The notes below the pieces were generated by a model. It ran no database searches, was not told where the DNA came from, and worked only from the letters and a program-made list of their open reading frames with translations. The position numbers were made by a program, and so were the translations under genes. 64,000 bases of DNA. Origin: a virus (taxonomy: Duplodnaviria; Caudoviricetes). Location of the stretch: the IMG/VR virus record IMGVR_UViG_3300014000_000001, positions 96,001 to 160,000 of that record; one strand, 5' to 3'. This document shows positions 47,495 to 57,751 of the stretch, piece after piece (the stretch's first letter is position 1; each line of letters opens with the position of its first letter).

Positions 47495-47578
47495 ATGCAA
47501 GCATTTCTATATTCTTCTGGAGCATTAGGCTTGTTAGGCTTAATGCTCATTCTCTCAACTATTGTTCATGGAGTTTAA
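47495..47578 (+). CDS. putative 27-aa membrane microprotein
   Basis: MQAFLYSSGALGLLGLMLILSTIVHGV; GGGGGT RBS; starts 2 nt after the previous stop. Confidence 0.5.
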   Translation: MQAFLYSSGALGLLGLMLILSTIVHGV

Positions 47579-47583
47579 TTAAA

Positions 47584-47661
47584 ATGAACACACCTCTCCC
47601 TTTCGACATTATCATTCCAAACAATCCTTATAAAGATTGTCCTTGGAAAGACTGTCGATAA
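47584..47661 (+). CDS. putative 25-aa microprotein
   Basis: MNTPLPFDIIIPNNPYKDCPWKDCR; GGAG RBS; ends just before the terminator. Confidence 0.4.
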   Translation: MNTPLPFDIIIPNNPYKDCPWKDCR

Positions 47662-47665
47662 ACAT

Positions 47666-47697
47666 AAAAGAAGAGTACCCTAGGGTACTCTTCTTTT
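47666..47697. terminator. bidirectional terminator, perfect 32-bp palindrome
   Basis: AAAAGAAGAGTACCCTAGGGTACTCTTCTTTT. Confidence 0.85.
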
Positions 47698-47710
47698 TTT
47701 ATGCTATTAA

Positions 47711-50662
47711 TCAATTTTCACGTTTAGAATGCCACACAAATTCAATCTCTACATCATCTTCAATCACAAGTTCAAGCTTAGAGTTGACGCTTAATCGCTT
47801 ACCGATAGATGGTGTAGTCAATGCATCAACTACAGTGATGGTGTTATATTCGTCATTCATGAAACCTTTTAAATCAATCCCAAGAATATTTTCACCTAAG
47901 TTATCGCTTACCGCTTTAGTTAGATCGGATACTGACATAGTTTGTTTGGTTTGTAATACAGTTTGAATCACTGTCTTAGTAGTTAACTCTAAACTATTTC
48001 TTAAGTCAATGTTGTTATAAACTGCATCACCTACAAATAAACGAATGTATAACTGCTGATCAGATTTCACTAAAGCTTTAATGCCGTTCTCTACATAAAC
48101 TTCAATTGAACCCACAGTTGATTTAGGATGATACAACACAGAAGTACGTTGTAGCAATTCTGGAGTGACTTGATCTCTTAGGATATCAAATACCCAACTA
48201 TCGATAGTATTCAACACAGTTTTCACATAACTAATGGTTGCACTGTGGGTAGTTAAGTAATATAGACCATCCATTACCACTAAATCATATTGGCATTTAA
48301 GTCCACGTAACCCCTCTTTAAGAACAGGCTCTCCATTCTCAAGAACAATATCACCCACTTTATGTTTGTATTGAATCACCCCATCAATCACAACCGTCTC
48401 ACCTTTACGATGTAAATAGATCGGCTCTAATTTTTTGGTTTCAGGATTATACCAAAGTTCAATCACACCATTACTATCACGTTGATAAACATCTTCTGAG
48501 TAAACCGCAGGGATATCTTCTTCATAAAGTTTATAGTCGTTGATGTCAATTGTGGTTCGTGCACGATTCCAAATATTAGACATGTAACTACCAAGTTTCA
48601 AACTGATTCGTTCTTGAATCAATGCAGCTTGAATGGTTTGTCCATCATAGTTGGTTAATGAGAATAGGTTAATCACATTATCCATCGTAGTTGGTGTGAA
48701 TCCAACAGGCTGATAGCCTTTAACAATGATAAATACATCCATATCACATTCAAGCGGAACAGGAATGAATGAATCACTTAAAATTAACTGATGATCTGAG
48801 TTTATATCCCAATTGGTATTTAGGTCGAAACGATAAACATAAGAGTCGTTCAAGGGTCGTCCTGTATTAACATCTACAGGGGTATCGAGTACTCCATTAA
48901 GATAGTAACGATTCTCCCCACTCTCATCAGTATAACTAATTTGTAAACTGATATCGCTTAAGGGAATCTCTTTAAAGTTATCCCCTACAGCAATACCTAG
49001 ATACAATGTATAACCACTCATGTCAGTGTTCATAACCAATTGATAGTTATAAACCCCTGCATCTAACTGCAACGTTGGGTTTTCATCCACGGTGTATTTG
49101 TTAGAGATTTTAGGATCATCTAAACGGTACGGACGAACTGCGTATTCGTTGTTACTCACATCATGTACGTAGAAGTACGGAGTGTAAACCAATTCATTAG
49201 CATTAGCCCAAGTCGCTAAAGATTCAGGTGCAGTGATGGCTGGGTCAGTCATTGTAGCAACAGTATCATTGTCCACTACATTTAGCACCCCATTCACCAC
49301 ATTGTAAAGTGTGTTAGGGAGTACGGTGACACGACTACCGTTGTCACGAGAGGTGACTAATCCCGCTAAAATCTCCATGGTGGTTTGGTGGGATTGTACA
49401 TTACAGCCCATTCCCGTCACGGTTAAATTCACATCTGGAGTAGGTAATAACTTAGAAGCAGCAAAGATACGATCCGTGACGTTATCAATTACCAAAGTAG
49501 AACTCATTCCATAATCCATGAGTTTGTTATTTAATTCCAATTCAGTAATTGGAATGCCTTCGCTAATTGATGAACGATTGATGACTCTATTTTTTGCTTC
49601 ATTGAAACTTAAACGATTACGACCACCGATAATAGTATCTGTAGAATAAACTCGAAGAATAGAGAAACTCCCGAGCAATCCTGCATACTTGTTATTAGGA
49701 TTGTTATAATCAAAATACTGTAACTTGTAAGCGGCTTCACTGTAGTTAACTAGAGGGTGTTCAATTTCGCCTTTAGTGGTGTAGATATCCAAACGTACTT
49801 CTGAACCCATCATTCCATTAATCAGATAAAATGGAGGAATACATAAGGTAATTTCTCCATCTCCTTCAATTAACTGAATCGTAGTTTTGTTACGGTTTAA
49901 TGCTTTTAAGCGACGAGTAACATCAATTTCAATCCAACTTGAAGATTGGCTAAAACGGGTGTAAGCTTTGAGCCTAAATAAATTATCATTGATTTTAATA
50001 CTGCGTCTAAACCCTGAACTTTGTGATACAGGTATTACACTAGATTTAAGTGCAACTTGTACCACTTCTAATGGGAACATAATTACATCTACATCATTGT
50101 AACGCAGATATTTAAATTCGATCAATGCGTTAGTGATGGTGCCTAGTGTATCATCTCCTGAAAGATTATACTTAATACTGATGTTACCGTGACGATTGAT
50201 CCGAATAGTGAACGGATACTTAAACATCAAAGTATAATCACCCACAGTGATTTGAGTATGTCTGGGAAACTCAACCATCTTAATATCAGAATCATCACTA
50301 ATTGGCAAGGCTTTTTGTTTTAACTCACCCACTGCCATAAAGATGTTAATCGTAGCTTCCCCAGGTTGAGAAACCATTTCTTCTAAATCGTCATCTTGCT
50401 GGTGTAGATAAAGCTCATCCCACTTATCGACTGCAGGTGCGTATAAACTACGGGTTAAGGTTCTAAATTCTTGCAACACTGAAGTGCTGGTGAGGATACC
50501 AGCCTCAATTGGACCCATCATTGGATTTGATGGGTTGAATAAGGTTACGGTCCCTTCGGTATTTTGTTGAATTCCATTTAAGATAATTCGATGAATTTCA
50601 GATGGGTTAAAATTGAGTTGTTGGATTTGATCAACAATATCTCTAGATGTAATATCAGCCAT
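47711..50662 (-). CDS. baseplate wedge protein (phiKZ gp87 position; T4 gp6 / baseplate J-like)
   Basis: 983 aa; NPSNPM, LY...V..WDELY.H, IYTTKG, GGRN, IDNVTDRIF; synteny. Confidence 0.7.
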   Translation of the reverse strand: MADITSRDIVDQIQQLNFNPSEIHRIILNGIQQNTEGTVTLFNPSNPMMGPIEAGILTSTSVLQEFRTLTRSLYAPAVDKWDELYLHQQDDDLEEMVSQPGEATINIFMAVGELKQKALPISDDSDIKMVEFPRHTQITVGDYTLMFKYPFTIRINRHGNISIKYNLSGDDTLGTITNALIEFKYLRYNDVDVIMFPLEVVQVALKSSVIPVSQSSGFRRSIKINDNLFRLKAYTRFSQSSSWIEIDVTRRLKALNRNKTTIQLIEGDGEITLCIPPFYLINGMMGSEVRLDIYTTKGEIEHPLVNYSEAAYKLQYFDYNNPNNKYAGLLGSFSILRVYSTDTIIGGRNRLSFNEAKNRVINRSSISEGIPITELELNNKLMDYGMSSTLVIDNVTDRIFAASKLLPTPDVNLTVTGMGCNVQSHQTTMEILAGLVTSRDNGSRVTVLPNTLYNVVNGVLNVVDNDTVATMTDPAITAPESLATWANANELVYTPYFYVHDVSNNEYAVRPYRLDDPKISNKYTVDENPTLQLDAGVYNYQLVMNTDMSGYTLYLGIAVGDNFKEIPLSDISLQISYTDESGENRYYLNGVLDTPVDVNTGRPLNDSYVYRFDLNTNWDINSDHQLILSDSFIPVPLECDMDVFIIVKGYQPVGFTPTTMDNVINLFSLTNYDGQTIQAALIQERISLKLGSYMSNIWNRARTTIDINDYKLYEEDIPAVYSEDVYQRDSNGVIELWYNPETKKLEPIYLHRKGETVVIDGVIQYKHKVGDIVLENGEPVLKEGLRGLKCQYDLVVMDGLYYLTTHSATISYVKTVLNTIDSWVFDILRDQVTPELLQRTSVLYHPKSTVGSIEVYVENGIKALVKSDQQLYIRLFVGDAVYNNIDLRNSLELTTKTVIQTVLQTKQTMSVSDLTKAVSDNLGENILGIDLKGFMNDEYNTITVVDALTTPSIGKRLSVNSKLELVIEDDVEIEFVWHSKREN

Positions 50663-51782
50663 TACTTACACTCTCCATAACTTCTTTATAGCGATCATTC
50701 GGTACATACCACTCAAGTTCACTGGTGGCAAGGTTAATCCAAGGGTAACCTTCATCGCGAAAATACTTACGATAAAACGCAGGAATCTTGGTGTATAAAC
50801 GACTTCGATTCGTTGGGAACATATTGGGGTTAAAATCAACTACAGTAATATTAAAAGCAACCGCAGTATAAGGATCATAATACATTGCTCCTTGACACTT
50901 CCAAGACATACTGATGGTGTCTTGTCTTTGGTTTACAGGTTTAGTAGAATCGTAGTCGAACGATGCACCTGTATTTGACGCGGTGGGGAAAGACGCACCA
51001 GTACATGCAATCTTTTGCACGAAGGTTTTAGTTTGATCCATTACTAACCGATATATACGAGTTTCAAAATCTTTCTCCATATCCATAATGGAGTCGATCC
51101 AAGGAATCCATTGTTCGTCAGTTTTAGCCAAGGTAGCGCCCGTTACCCAACTATGGAACATTAACCCCAAAGGATCACCACGCATATTAACGTGGCTACT
51201 GTTTAAATCAAATGTACCAAAATACTTCGAAATGCCATCGTACATCGACCATTGCTCACGCATAATCCCTTCTTGTGAGGTGTAAGTATCAACATTGATA
51301 TCTGGCCATCCTGTTAAAGAAATCAAGCTGTTTGACAATATTGATATGAACGGAAATAGAGGATCTACGAGAGGGCATGAATATTTTGGCGATGGTAAGG
51401 CGTCGGGTACTGTGAAACCCACTGGGCTCCCTGAGCCTATTGGATCTAAATATGCCCGCACTGCCCTTGGGATGGTCAATGCATCATCATTTAATAAATA
51501 AAGTAATGAGCGGTCAGTTAAACAATTTTTATCACTAAACTTCATTCGAGGTCGAGTGAAAAAAGTATAACCATGTTGATCGTAATTCGCTGGAAAAGCA
51601 CCACCTGTGTTGAAATGATTAATCCCCCTGAATGCACGAGTCATTGCAGTGTAGACTGCACCTGGACCTTCAGCAAACAAAGCATCAATCATATCACGGG
51701 TGACCCCAACTAAGGTACCATCAGTAAATCCATTTTGTTCTAATGTTGCTCGGATATCTGAGTTAAAATTAAATTCTTGCAT
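50655..51782 (-). CDS. virion baseplate/tail protein (phiKZ gp88 position)
   Basis: 375 aa; GYTFFTRP, SLTGWPD, RIYRLVMD. Confidence 0.68.
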   Translation of the reverse strand: MQEFNFNSDIRATLEQNGFTDGTLVGVTRDMIDALFAEGPGAVYTAMTRAFRGINHFNTGGAFPANYDQHGYTFFTRPRMKFSDKNCLTDRSLLYLLNDDALTIPRAVRAYLDPIGSGSPVGFTVPDALPSPKYSCPLVDPLFPFISILSNSLISLTGWPDINVDTYTSQEGIMREQWSMYDGISKYFGTFDLNSSHVNMRGDPLGLMFHSWVTGATLAKTDEQWIPWIDSIMDMEKDFETRIYRLVMDQTKTFVQKIACTGASFPTASNTGASFDYDSTKPVNQRQDTISMSWKCQGAMYYDPYTAVAFNITVVDFNPNMFPTNRSRLYTKIPAFYRKYFRDEGYPWINLATSELEWYVPNDRYKEVMESVSNG

Positions 51783-51811
51783 TTCACAAACCTTCTAGTG
51801 AGGAAAAGTTA

Positions 51812-52936
51812 ATGATTGATAAATTGGGAGAATCCCTCTTAAGTGTCACGGGTAAACTCGGTGACCTAATTCGGGCAGGTAACGCCAATTCCTTAACTGA
51901 ATTTACCCAATCAGCACATATCTTACCCGTTTTCCTAATGGACTCCAGCGTTGCGCTTATGACAGAAGCTGAAGCAATCATTGGTGGGGTACTTAACTAT
52001 TATGCGGCATGTTATTTAATGGCTGCACAAATGAGTGTTAATATCGGCGATATCAATGTTACTCGTCAATTAGAACGATTGAATACTCGTCGTTCACCGT
52101 TGAATGCTGGTATCGGTATGGCAAACACATTACTCCACATGGAAAGCTATACCAATGGCTTACCTAACCCTAAACAAGCTAAACTTGTTGAAAACCTAGA
52201 GGGTATAAAATTCGAATCAAAAGATTCAGAAACGGGTATGGGTGCGCAGGATGAAACCACAGCACAAACTGCACGTGGGGTAATTGATCGTATTGAAGCC
52301 AACTCAAAACTTTCAATTGGGAAAACATTAGAAGTCAATTGGGAATCCAATGGTCATCGCGGTACAGTGGTCGTGTCTTTACGTCCATCTATTCAAACCA
52401 CATCTGATGCTTCAATGACCAATATCTTATCCATTGGTACGAAGAATCTGGAATTCAAAGAACGGATGCACGGAATCAAGTCTGGAACACTACATTGGTT
52501 CTACGACGGTGTACTTGCCATGGATGTTATTAAAGAAATGCGTAAAGCGCGCATTCAAGATAACACAGGGTATTACGCTGATGCACTGGCTCGTCACCGT
52601 AAAAACAAAATCTCTTCAATCATTTCCTTAAACCCATCTGTAGCTCAGCTATCTTCAGTATTCATCATCAGTGCTGAAACCGCTCGTGATCTTGAAGTAC
52701 GCACTAATTTAAACTTGAAGAAGTTTAAAGATCGTCAGAAGATGTTTGAGAACTCTTTTGGTATGGTGTTGGTCGTAGTAGATAAAGCTTGGAAGAATTG
52801 CAAGATTTATTCTCACGGTATTCAAGATTACACTACAGTATCATTCAGTCAACTTGATGGCGTGAGTAAAGGTAAAGGCGGTGACATTAAAGAGATGTTA
52901 AACGCTTTGATGCTCTCAGATGCTCCACGTTTCTAA
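51812..52936 (+). CDS. internal head (inner body) protein (phiKZ gp89 position)
   Basis: 374 aa; NSLTEFT, YYAACYL.A, LERLNT.R, HME/KFE putative cleavage sites. Confidence 0.7.
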   Translation: MIDKLGESLLSVTGKLGDLIRAGNANSLTEFTQSAHILPVFLMDSSVALMTEAEAIIGGVLNYYAACYLMAAQMSVNIGDINVTRQLERLNTRRSPLNAGIGMANTLLHMESYTNGLPNPKQAKLVENLEGIKFESKDSETGMGAQDETTAQTARGVIDRIEANSKLSIGKTLEVNWESNGHRGTVVVSLRPSIQTTSDASMTNILSIGTKNLEFKERMHGIKSGTLHWFYDGVLAMDVIKEMRKARIQDNTGYYADALARHRKNKISSIISLNPSVAQLSSVFIISAETARDLEVRTNLNLKKFKDRQKMFENSFGMVLVVVDKAWKNCKIYSHGIQDYTTVSFSQLDGVSKGKGGDIKEMLNALMLSDAPRF

Positions 52937-52951
52937 AAGGTAAAAACGATA

Positions 52952-53857
52952 ATGAAACTCACTGCACTTATGGCGTCCTTGATGCCTACGTTCACCAAAG
53001 GCACTTTAGAAGATGAATTCGAAGAAGTGCAAAAGATCGTAAACCAGATCAATATTCCGTTTTTAGAAGCTGGTGTAAAGCAACTTGGTAAATATAAGTT
53101 CAAAACTGAATTTGTAGATACCATGGAAACCCAGTTGGTTGATTCAGCGAAGATGAAGAAGTTCCCTAACTTCTTAGGTTCGTTCTTAGAAATCAATAAA
53201 CGGATGCGTGATCAATTCCCTGTAATTCAACGTTTGATTGATGAGTATTTTGAAGAAGACATCAGTGTACATGCGCTGAACTTACAACGTGTTAACCTTT
53301 TGCAATACATTCCAATCATGATGTTTATTGCACGTTACATCCGTACCTTCACCAATTATGCTTTAGGTTTAGAGATCAACATTGCATCTGAATCACCAGA
53401 AGCAACCTTTGAACTTATTCCAGCAGAGCGTGATTGGTTAAAAGCGAACCGTAGTACATTCTTAGATTCAGTGAATGTAGTTATGCATCGTGGCGATAAG
53501 CTTGAAAAAATCTTTGAGCAACTCCCTGATATGGGTATCGATCCAAGTAATGCAAAGATCGTTGAACAAACCCAAGGTTTAAAAGCTGATCCAATGGGTT
53601 TAGGTTTTATTCCGCTTTCAGTCAACCCATTCTTCTGGGCAGGTAAGTTCTTAGTCAATTACCAAACTGAACGTTATCACTTAGCTAAAGATGAACTCGA
53701 TATGCTCGAGCGTAAACTTTACAACTTAAAGATCATCAATGATGGGCGTAATGATGCGAAGCTTCAAAAAGAGATTAAATATCTCGAAGAGAATCGTGTT
53801 AAGCCTCTTAAAGAAAAGATCATGAATTGGGAAGAGGAATATGTCCATAACTCTTAA
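52952..53857 (+). CDS. internal head (inner body) protein (phiKZ gp90 position)
   Basis: 301 aa; ASLMPTFTK, DPMGLGFIP...NPF, C-terminal coiled coil. Confidence 0.7.
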   Translation: MKLTALMASLMPTFTKGTLEDEFEEVQKIVNQINIPFLEAGVKQLGKYKFKTEFVDTMETQLVDSAKMKKFPNFLGSFLEINKRMRDQFPVIQRLIDEYFEEDISVHALNLQRVNLLQYIPIMMFIARYIRTFTNYALGLEINIASESPEATFELIPAERDWLKANRSTFLDSVNVVMHRGDKLEKIFEQLPDMGIDPSNAKIVEQTQGLKADPMGLGFIPLSVNPFFWAGKFLVNYQTERYHLAKDELDMLERKLYNLKIINDGRNDAKLQKEIKYLEENRVKPLKEKIMNWEEEYVHNS

Positions 53858-54386
53858 ACAATATCCATCTGGGTTACGTACCCTAGAAGGTAAGTATAAC
53901 CCAGCAGTTGACTTTCGTACCTACCGTGTTGAAAGTATTAAAGACGGTGATCCCCTTCTCAATCAGTTAGTTCATCGTGTTCAATTAGATCGCTTAGCTA
54001 ATCTTTCATCTTTAGATAAGTTAGCTTTTGTTGATTGCGCTAAACGTTTGTTTGGAAACTTCGATGAGTTTGTGAAATACAACATCCAGAACAATCAACT
54101 GTGTAATGGAAAAGATCTAGATTTCCTCATCGATACTGTACAGTTTGTGAATGGTGGTGTTCGTTCAATGAACATCAATACTTGGATGAGTTATTTGGAT
54201 CAAAAACCAAAGAAACCTGAAAGTCTACCTACTCATCAAAACCTCACGTTAAATTTTACGGGAGCTAATTATATAGGTAAGTGGCTACGTCAGCCTGATG
54301 GTATGGCGGATTTAATTGCCACCCTTATTCTCATGTTTGGGTTGAAGTTAACCGACCCAAAAAACATCAAAAATGGTCTAATCTAG
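53841..54386 (+). CDS. putative virion protein (phiKZ gp91 position)
   Basis: 181 aa; YPSG, FLIDTV.F, KWL.QPDG..DL. Confidence 0.62.
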   Translation: MSITLKQYPSGLRTLEGKYNPAVDFRTYRVESIKDGDPLLNQLVHRVQLDRLANLSSLDKLAFVDCAKRLFGNFDEFVKYNIQNNQLCNGKDLDFLIDTVQFVNGGVRSMNINTWMSYLDQKPKKPESLPTHQNLTLNFTGANYIGKWLRQPDGMADLIATLILMFGLKLTDPKNIKNGLI

Positions 54387-54402
54387 ATTGGAGCTATAAG
54401 CC

Positions 54403-55773
54403 ATGGCTAATTTATTTGCACACCTTCACATGGAAGATCGTACTGCAGACTTTCCTGAAGGTGCTTTAATCACTGAAGGCGACGAAGGTGAATCAGTAGC
54501 TGCTGCGATTGCAGAAGCAACAGAAGAAGAAGCGGGTGTTGTTGAAGCTGAAAACGAGATGGATGATCTTGTTGAAGGTGAAGAAACAGCAAGTGATCTT
54601 GTTGATGCGGTTGAAGAAGCGCCAAAAACTGAATCTGCTGGTCTTACAACTACTAATGCACGTTTGCTTTCTAAAGTGTTGAAACACTTAGGTGGTGCGG
54701 CTACCGCTAAATCACTCATGCCGAAAATGGAACACTTTGATGGTCGCGCAAGTCGTCGCGATGCAACCCAGTTGGTAATGGAAGGTATCAAAGATTCTTT
54801 GAAAAACTTCTGGGAAGCATTGAAACGTCAATTCCAAAAAGTTTGGGCAAAGCTTAAAACTTGGTATGTGAAAACATTCTCTGCTGCTAAACGTATCGCT
54901 GATCGCGCGAAAACCATTCGTGATCGTGCTGAAGGTATGTCAGCCACAATCGATAAAAAATCGTTTCAATTCGGTCAAGCTAAACAACTGGTTGTTGGTG
55001 GTAATTTAAAATCAGCTTCGGCATTTGAATCCGCGTTTAATCGGGTTATTGCATTGGTGGAAGGTGTTACTGATGTCCCAACTGACGCACAATTGGACAA
55101 CCTTGCGGATTCGTTGGATGGTTACGGTAAAACTGATAACAAATTAGAATCGATTGCAGCAGTTGCAATGGAAGAAGTTTTCGGTAAACTTGGGAATAAA
55201 ATTGGTGGCGGTGCAGCTGGAACACTGGATTCTAAAGTAGCTGCTTCTTTGGGTGAAGGTGATGGCGGTAATGCTCAAACAGCGGCGTCAGATGTATTAC
55301 CTGGAGACAAACAACTCGTATTTGTAACATCTAAAGATAATAAAGATACGAATGCTATTCTTCGCATGTGTCGTATTGTTTTTGTTAACACCAAAGACAA
55401 ACCGAAAGAAATCGATGGTAACGTTGATGTAGTTACCTTAAATGCATCTCAAGTAGCCAATTTCTGCGATCAAATTACAAGTGCTGCTGGTTCAATTGCG
55501 GACTATGAAGCTAAATGGCAAAAAGTAGATAAGGCTCAAGAGCATGTTCTTCGTAAACTTGATGAATTAACTCGTGATGCTTTAAATGATGTTAAAGATA
55601 ATGACAATGCGGACAGCAAAGATGAGCGTGCAGTTCGCACATTATGTACTAATGTAACTAATTTTACTAAGCGTGTAGCTAATATGCCTGGTCAAATTAA
55701 CAGTTATGCAATGGGTATCTTTGGTGCAACTTTGAACTGGTGTGAAGGTTCAATGCGTAATTACAAAAAGTAA
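54403..55773 (+). CDS. internal head protein, phiKZ gp93-97 paralog family
   Basis: Acidic propeptide; VME-GIKDSLKNFWEALK...KTWY amphipathic helix; LPGDK. Confidence 0.78.
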   Translation: MANLFAHLHMEDRTADFPEGALITEGDEGESVAAAIAEATEEEAGVVEAENEMDDLVEGEETASDLVDAVEEAPKTESAGLTTTNARLLSKVLKHLGGAATAKSLMPKMEHFDGRASRRDATQLVMEGIKDSLKNFWEALKRQFQKVWAKLKTWYVKTFSAAKRIADRAKTIRDRAEGMSATIDKKSFQFGQAKQLVVGGNLKSASAFESAFNRVIALVEGVTDVPTDAQLDNLADSLDGYGKTDNKLESIAAVAMEEVFGKLGNKIGGGAAGTLDSKVAASLGEGDGGNAQTAASDVLPGDKQLVFVTSKDNKDTNAILRMCRIVFVNTKDKPKEIDGNVDVVTLNASQVANFCDQITSAAGSIADYEAKWQKVDKAQEHVLRKLDELTRDALNDVKDNDNADSKDERAVRTLCTNVTNFTKRVANMPGQINSYAMGIFGATLNWCEGSMRNYKK

Positions 55774-55789
55774 TTCTCTAAACCATCAA

Positions 55790-55813
55790 CTCTAGCGGAT
55801 TAATCCGCTAGAG
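55790..55813. terminator. perfect 24-bp palindromic hairpin
   Basis: CTCTAGCGGATTAATCCGCTAGAG. Confidence 0.7.
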
Positions 55814-55884
55814 CTTGCTTTCCACGTAATATTTTATGATAGTAATTATCATAACAGAATAATCTCATTTTGGAGCTGTAATCC

Positions 55885-57264
55885 ATGGCTAATTTATTTG
55901 TAAAATTGGAAGATGCATCTGAAGAACAACGCTTAGGTGATGATCTTCCTGCAGGTGGTTTAGACGAATCTGAAACTGCAACTGCTGAAATTGCTGATCT
56001 CCGTGCTGAAGAAGCGGAAGTTGTTGAAGCTGAGCGTGAAGCTGACGATCTTGATGACCGTGTTGAACTTGCTGAAGATGTAGCTGAAGAAGTTGAACCA
56101 GTTGTAACTGAAGGTAAAGGTCTTGACAAAGCAGGTATGGCAATTGCACTTGCTGCACTTCGTCGTATTGCTGGTAAACAAGCGAAACATCTTGTTGGTA
56201 AAAACATTCGTATGGAAGCAATCGATGCAGGTGCTTCTGGTCGTGCTGAACAAACCAAAATTGTTTTTGAAGATCTTAAAGATACTTTGAAATCTGCTTG
56301 GGCTGCGATTAAAGCTGCGTTCAAAAAAGCATGGGCAAAAATCAAAACTTGGTACATCAAAACTTTTGATGCTTCTAAGAAGTTGAAAAAGCGTGCTGAA
56401 AACATCCGTACTAAAGCCGAAAATACTTCAGCAACCATTGACAAGAAAACGTTCTCTTTCTCTGGCGCTAAGTCTATTTATACTGGCGCTAAGTTACAAC
56501 CGGGTGAATTGAATACAGCATTGGCTGCAGCAAAAAATCTTGCTGATAAATACTTAGATACAGTAAAATCTGATGACGTAGGTAATAAAGCTACTGAATT
56601 AGGTACTCTTCTAGGTGAAGTTGGAAAGGATGAAGCTGCTATCAATAGTGCCATTTCCGCTATTTATGAAAAAGTTATCAATGTTCAAGATCCGGCGAAT
56701 CTTAACTCTGACAACGTGGTTGAATCAAAAGTAAAAGACTCTTTTGGTGCGAATAATGAAGTAAATGTAAAAACATCTGTTGAATTGCCTGGTGCTCGTG
56801 CGGTTGCCTATGTTAAAGGTACTGCTGGTAAAAATGCCGACATCAATAGTAAAATTGCTGCGGTTCGTCGCACTCGTTTGACTATGACTAATACAAAAGA
56901 CAAGCCAAAAGAAATTACAGGTGATGTTACAACAGCATCAACTTCACAAGTCTCTACGCTTTGTGATCATGTAATCGAAATTGCTGAACTCATTTTTGAT
57001 TTCAAGAAAGGCTGGGAAAATCGTGACCGCGATCAAGAAAAATTGATCAAAGCTATCGATGATGCCTTCAAAGACGTATCCAGCGAAAAAGATGAAAATG
57101 TTACTTCTCCAATTCGTCGTCACGCTCGTGGCCTAGCTTCTGCTGCTACCGGACTACTACGTCGAGATTCTGCGTTCAAAGCATCTTTCGTTGGTTATCT
57201 GATGACTACTTGTAACGTTGCATTGTCTTACGCTGAAGGTTCTTTGCGTCAGCACAAAAAGTAA
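55885..57264 (+). CDS. internal head protein, phiKZ gp93-97 paralog family
   Basis: MANLF start shared with the previous gene; AWAKIKTWY, SATIDKK.F.F, LPG, NTKDKPKEI. Confidence 0.78.
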   Translation: MANLFVKLEDASEEQRLGDDLPAGGLDESETATAEIADLRAEEAEVVEAEREADDLDDRVELAEDVAEEVEPVVTEGKGLDKAGMAIALAALRRIAGKQAKHLVGKNIRMEAIDAGASGRAEQTKIVFEDLKDTLKSAWAAIKAAFKKAWAKIKTWYIKTFDASKKLKKRAENIRTKAENTSATIDKKTFSFSGAKSIYTGAKLQPGELNTALAAAKNLADKYLDTVKSDDVGNKATELGTLLGEVGKDEAAINSAISAIYEKVINVQDPANLNSDNVVESKVKDSFGANNEVNVKTSVELPGARAVAYVKGTAGKNADINSKIAAVRRTRLTMTNTKDKPKEITGDVTTASTSQVSTLCDHVIEIAELIFDFKKGWENRDRDQEKLIKAIDDAFKDVSSEKDENVTSPIRRHARGLASAATGLLRRDSAFKASFVGYLMTTCNVALSYAEGSLRQHKK

Positions 57265-57285
57265 TTGATTTACTTTGATTGCTTT

Positions 57286-57311
57286 AGATAGGCTGCTTAA
57301 GCAGCCTATCT
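57286..57311. terminator. perfect 26-bp palindromic terminator
   Basis: AGATAGGCTGCTTAAGCAGCCTATCT. Confidence 0.8.
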
Positions 57312-57350
57312 TCATTTATGCAGCTTTTCATTAATCTCAATAAATTTCAG

Positions 57351-57369
57351 ATATATATTATCTAACTGA
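57351..57369 (+). promoter_or_regulatory. putative early promoter, copy 6
   Basis: ATATATATTATCTAACTGA; ~50 bp nearly identical to copy 5. Confidence 0.7.
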
Positions 57370-57419
57370 ATCAAGTAGATCTATCTTCTACTTAAACTTA
57401 TATCCCAGAGGTAATTATC

Positions 57420-57683
57420 ATGTTAACAGTATTAAATGCAACTCAATCTTTTGAAGCTATGATGTTCAACGTTAAACTAGCACCATTGTGTTCTCAAGCT
57501 GATTTGAAGAAAGAAGAAGTTATAAATCTTCTAAAAGGTAAACTTACTCCTGATGAGTATCAGGAAGCTTCAAAGAAAATTATCGCAGTTAGCGATATGG
57601 GTTATCGTGAAGTTTATCAAATGTTAAATACTATTACTACCTATTTCCAAAAAGGAAATGGACGTTACGCACAATTTGCATAA
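57420..57683 (+). CDS. small hypothetical early protein
   Basis: 87 aa, AGAGGT RBS, own promoter and terminator. Confidence 0.75.
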   Translation: MLTVLNATQSFEAMMFNVKLAPLCSQADLKKEEVINLLKGKLTPDEYQEASKKIIAVSDMGYREVYQMLNTITTYFQKGNGRYAQFA

Positions 57684-57709
57684 AAGAAACCTAGGTTTCT
57701 TTTTTTTTT
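57682..57709 (+). terminator. palindromic terminator with a long T tract
   Basis: AAAAGAAACCTAGGTTTCTTTT plus poly-T. Confidence 0.75.
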
Positions 57710-57751
57710 GGCATTCACTTGAATTTTATGGTAAGATAGGAGTTTATAACA

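Noticed and set aside
47637-47966. 109-aa + strand ORF
   Set aside because: It crosses the bidirectional terminator and is antisense to the baseplate gene.
55800-56444. 214-aa antisense ORF, plus other antisense ORFs over the head genes (54426, 55889, 55960, 58226)
   Set aside because: Shadow frames caused by strong GCT/GAA/GAT codon bias on the sense strand; Ser/Ala-rich and no RBS.
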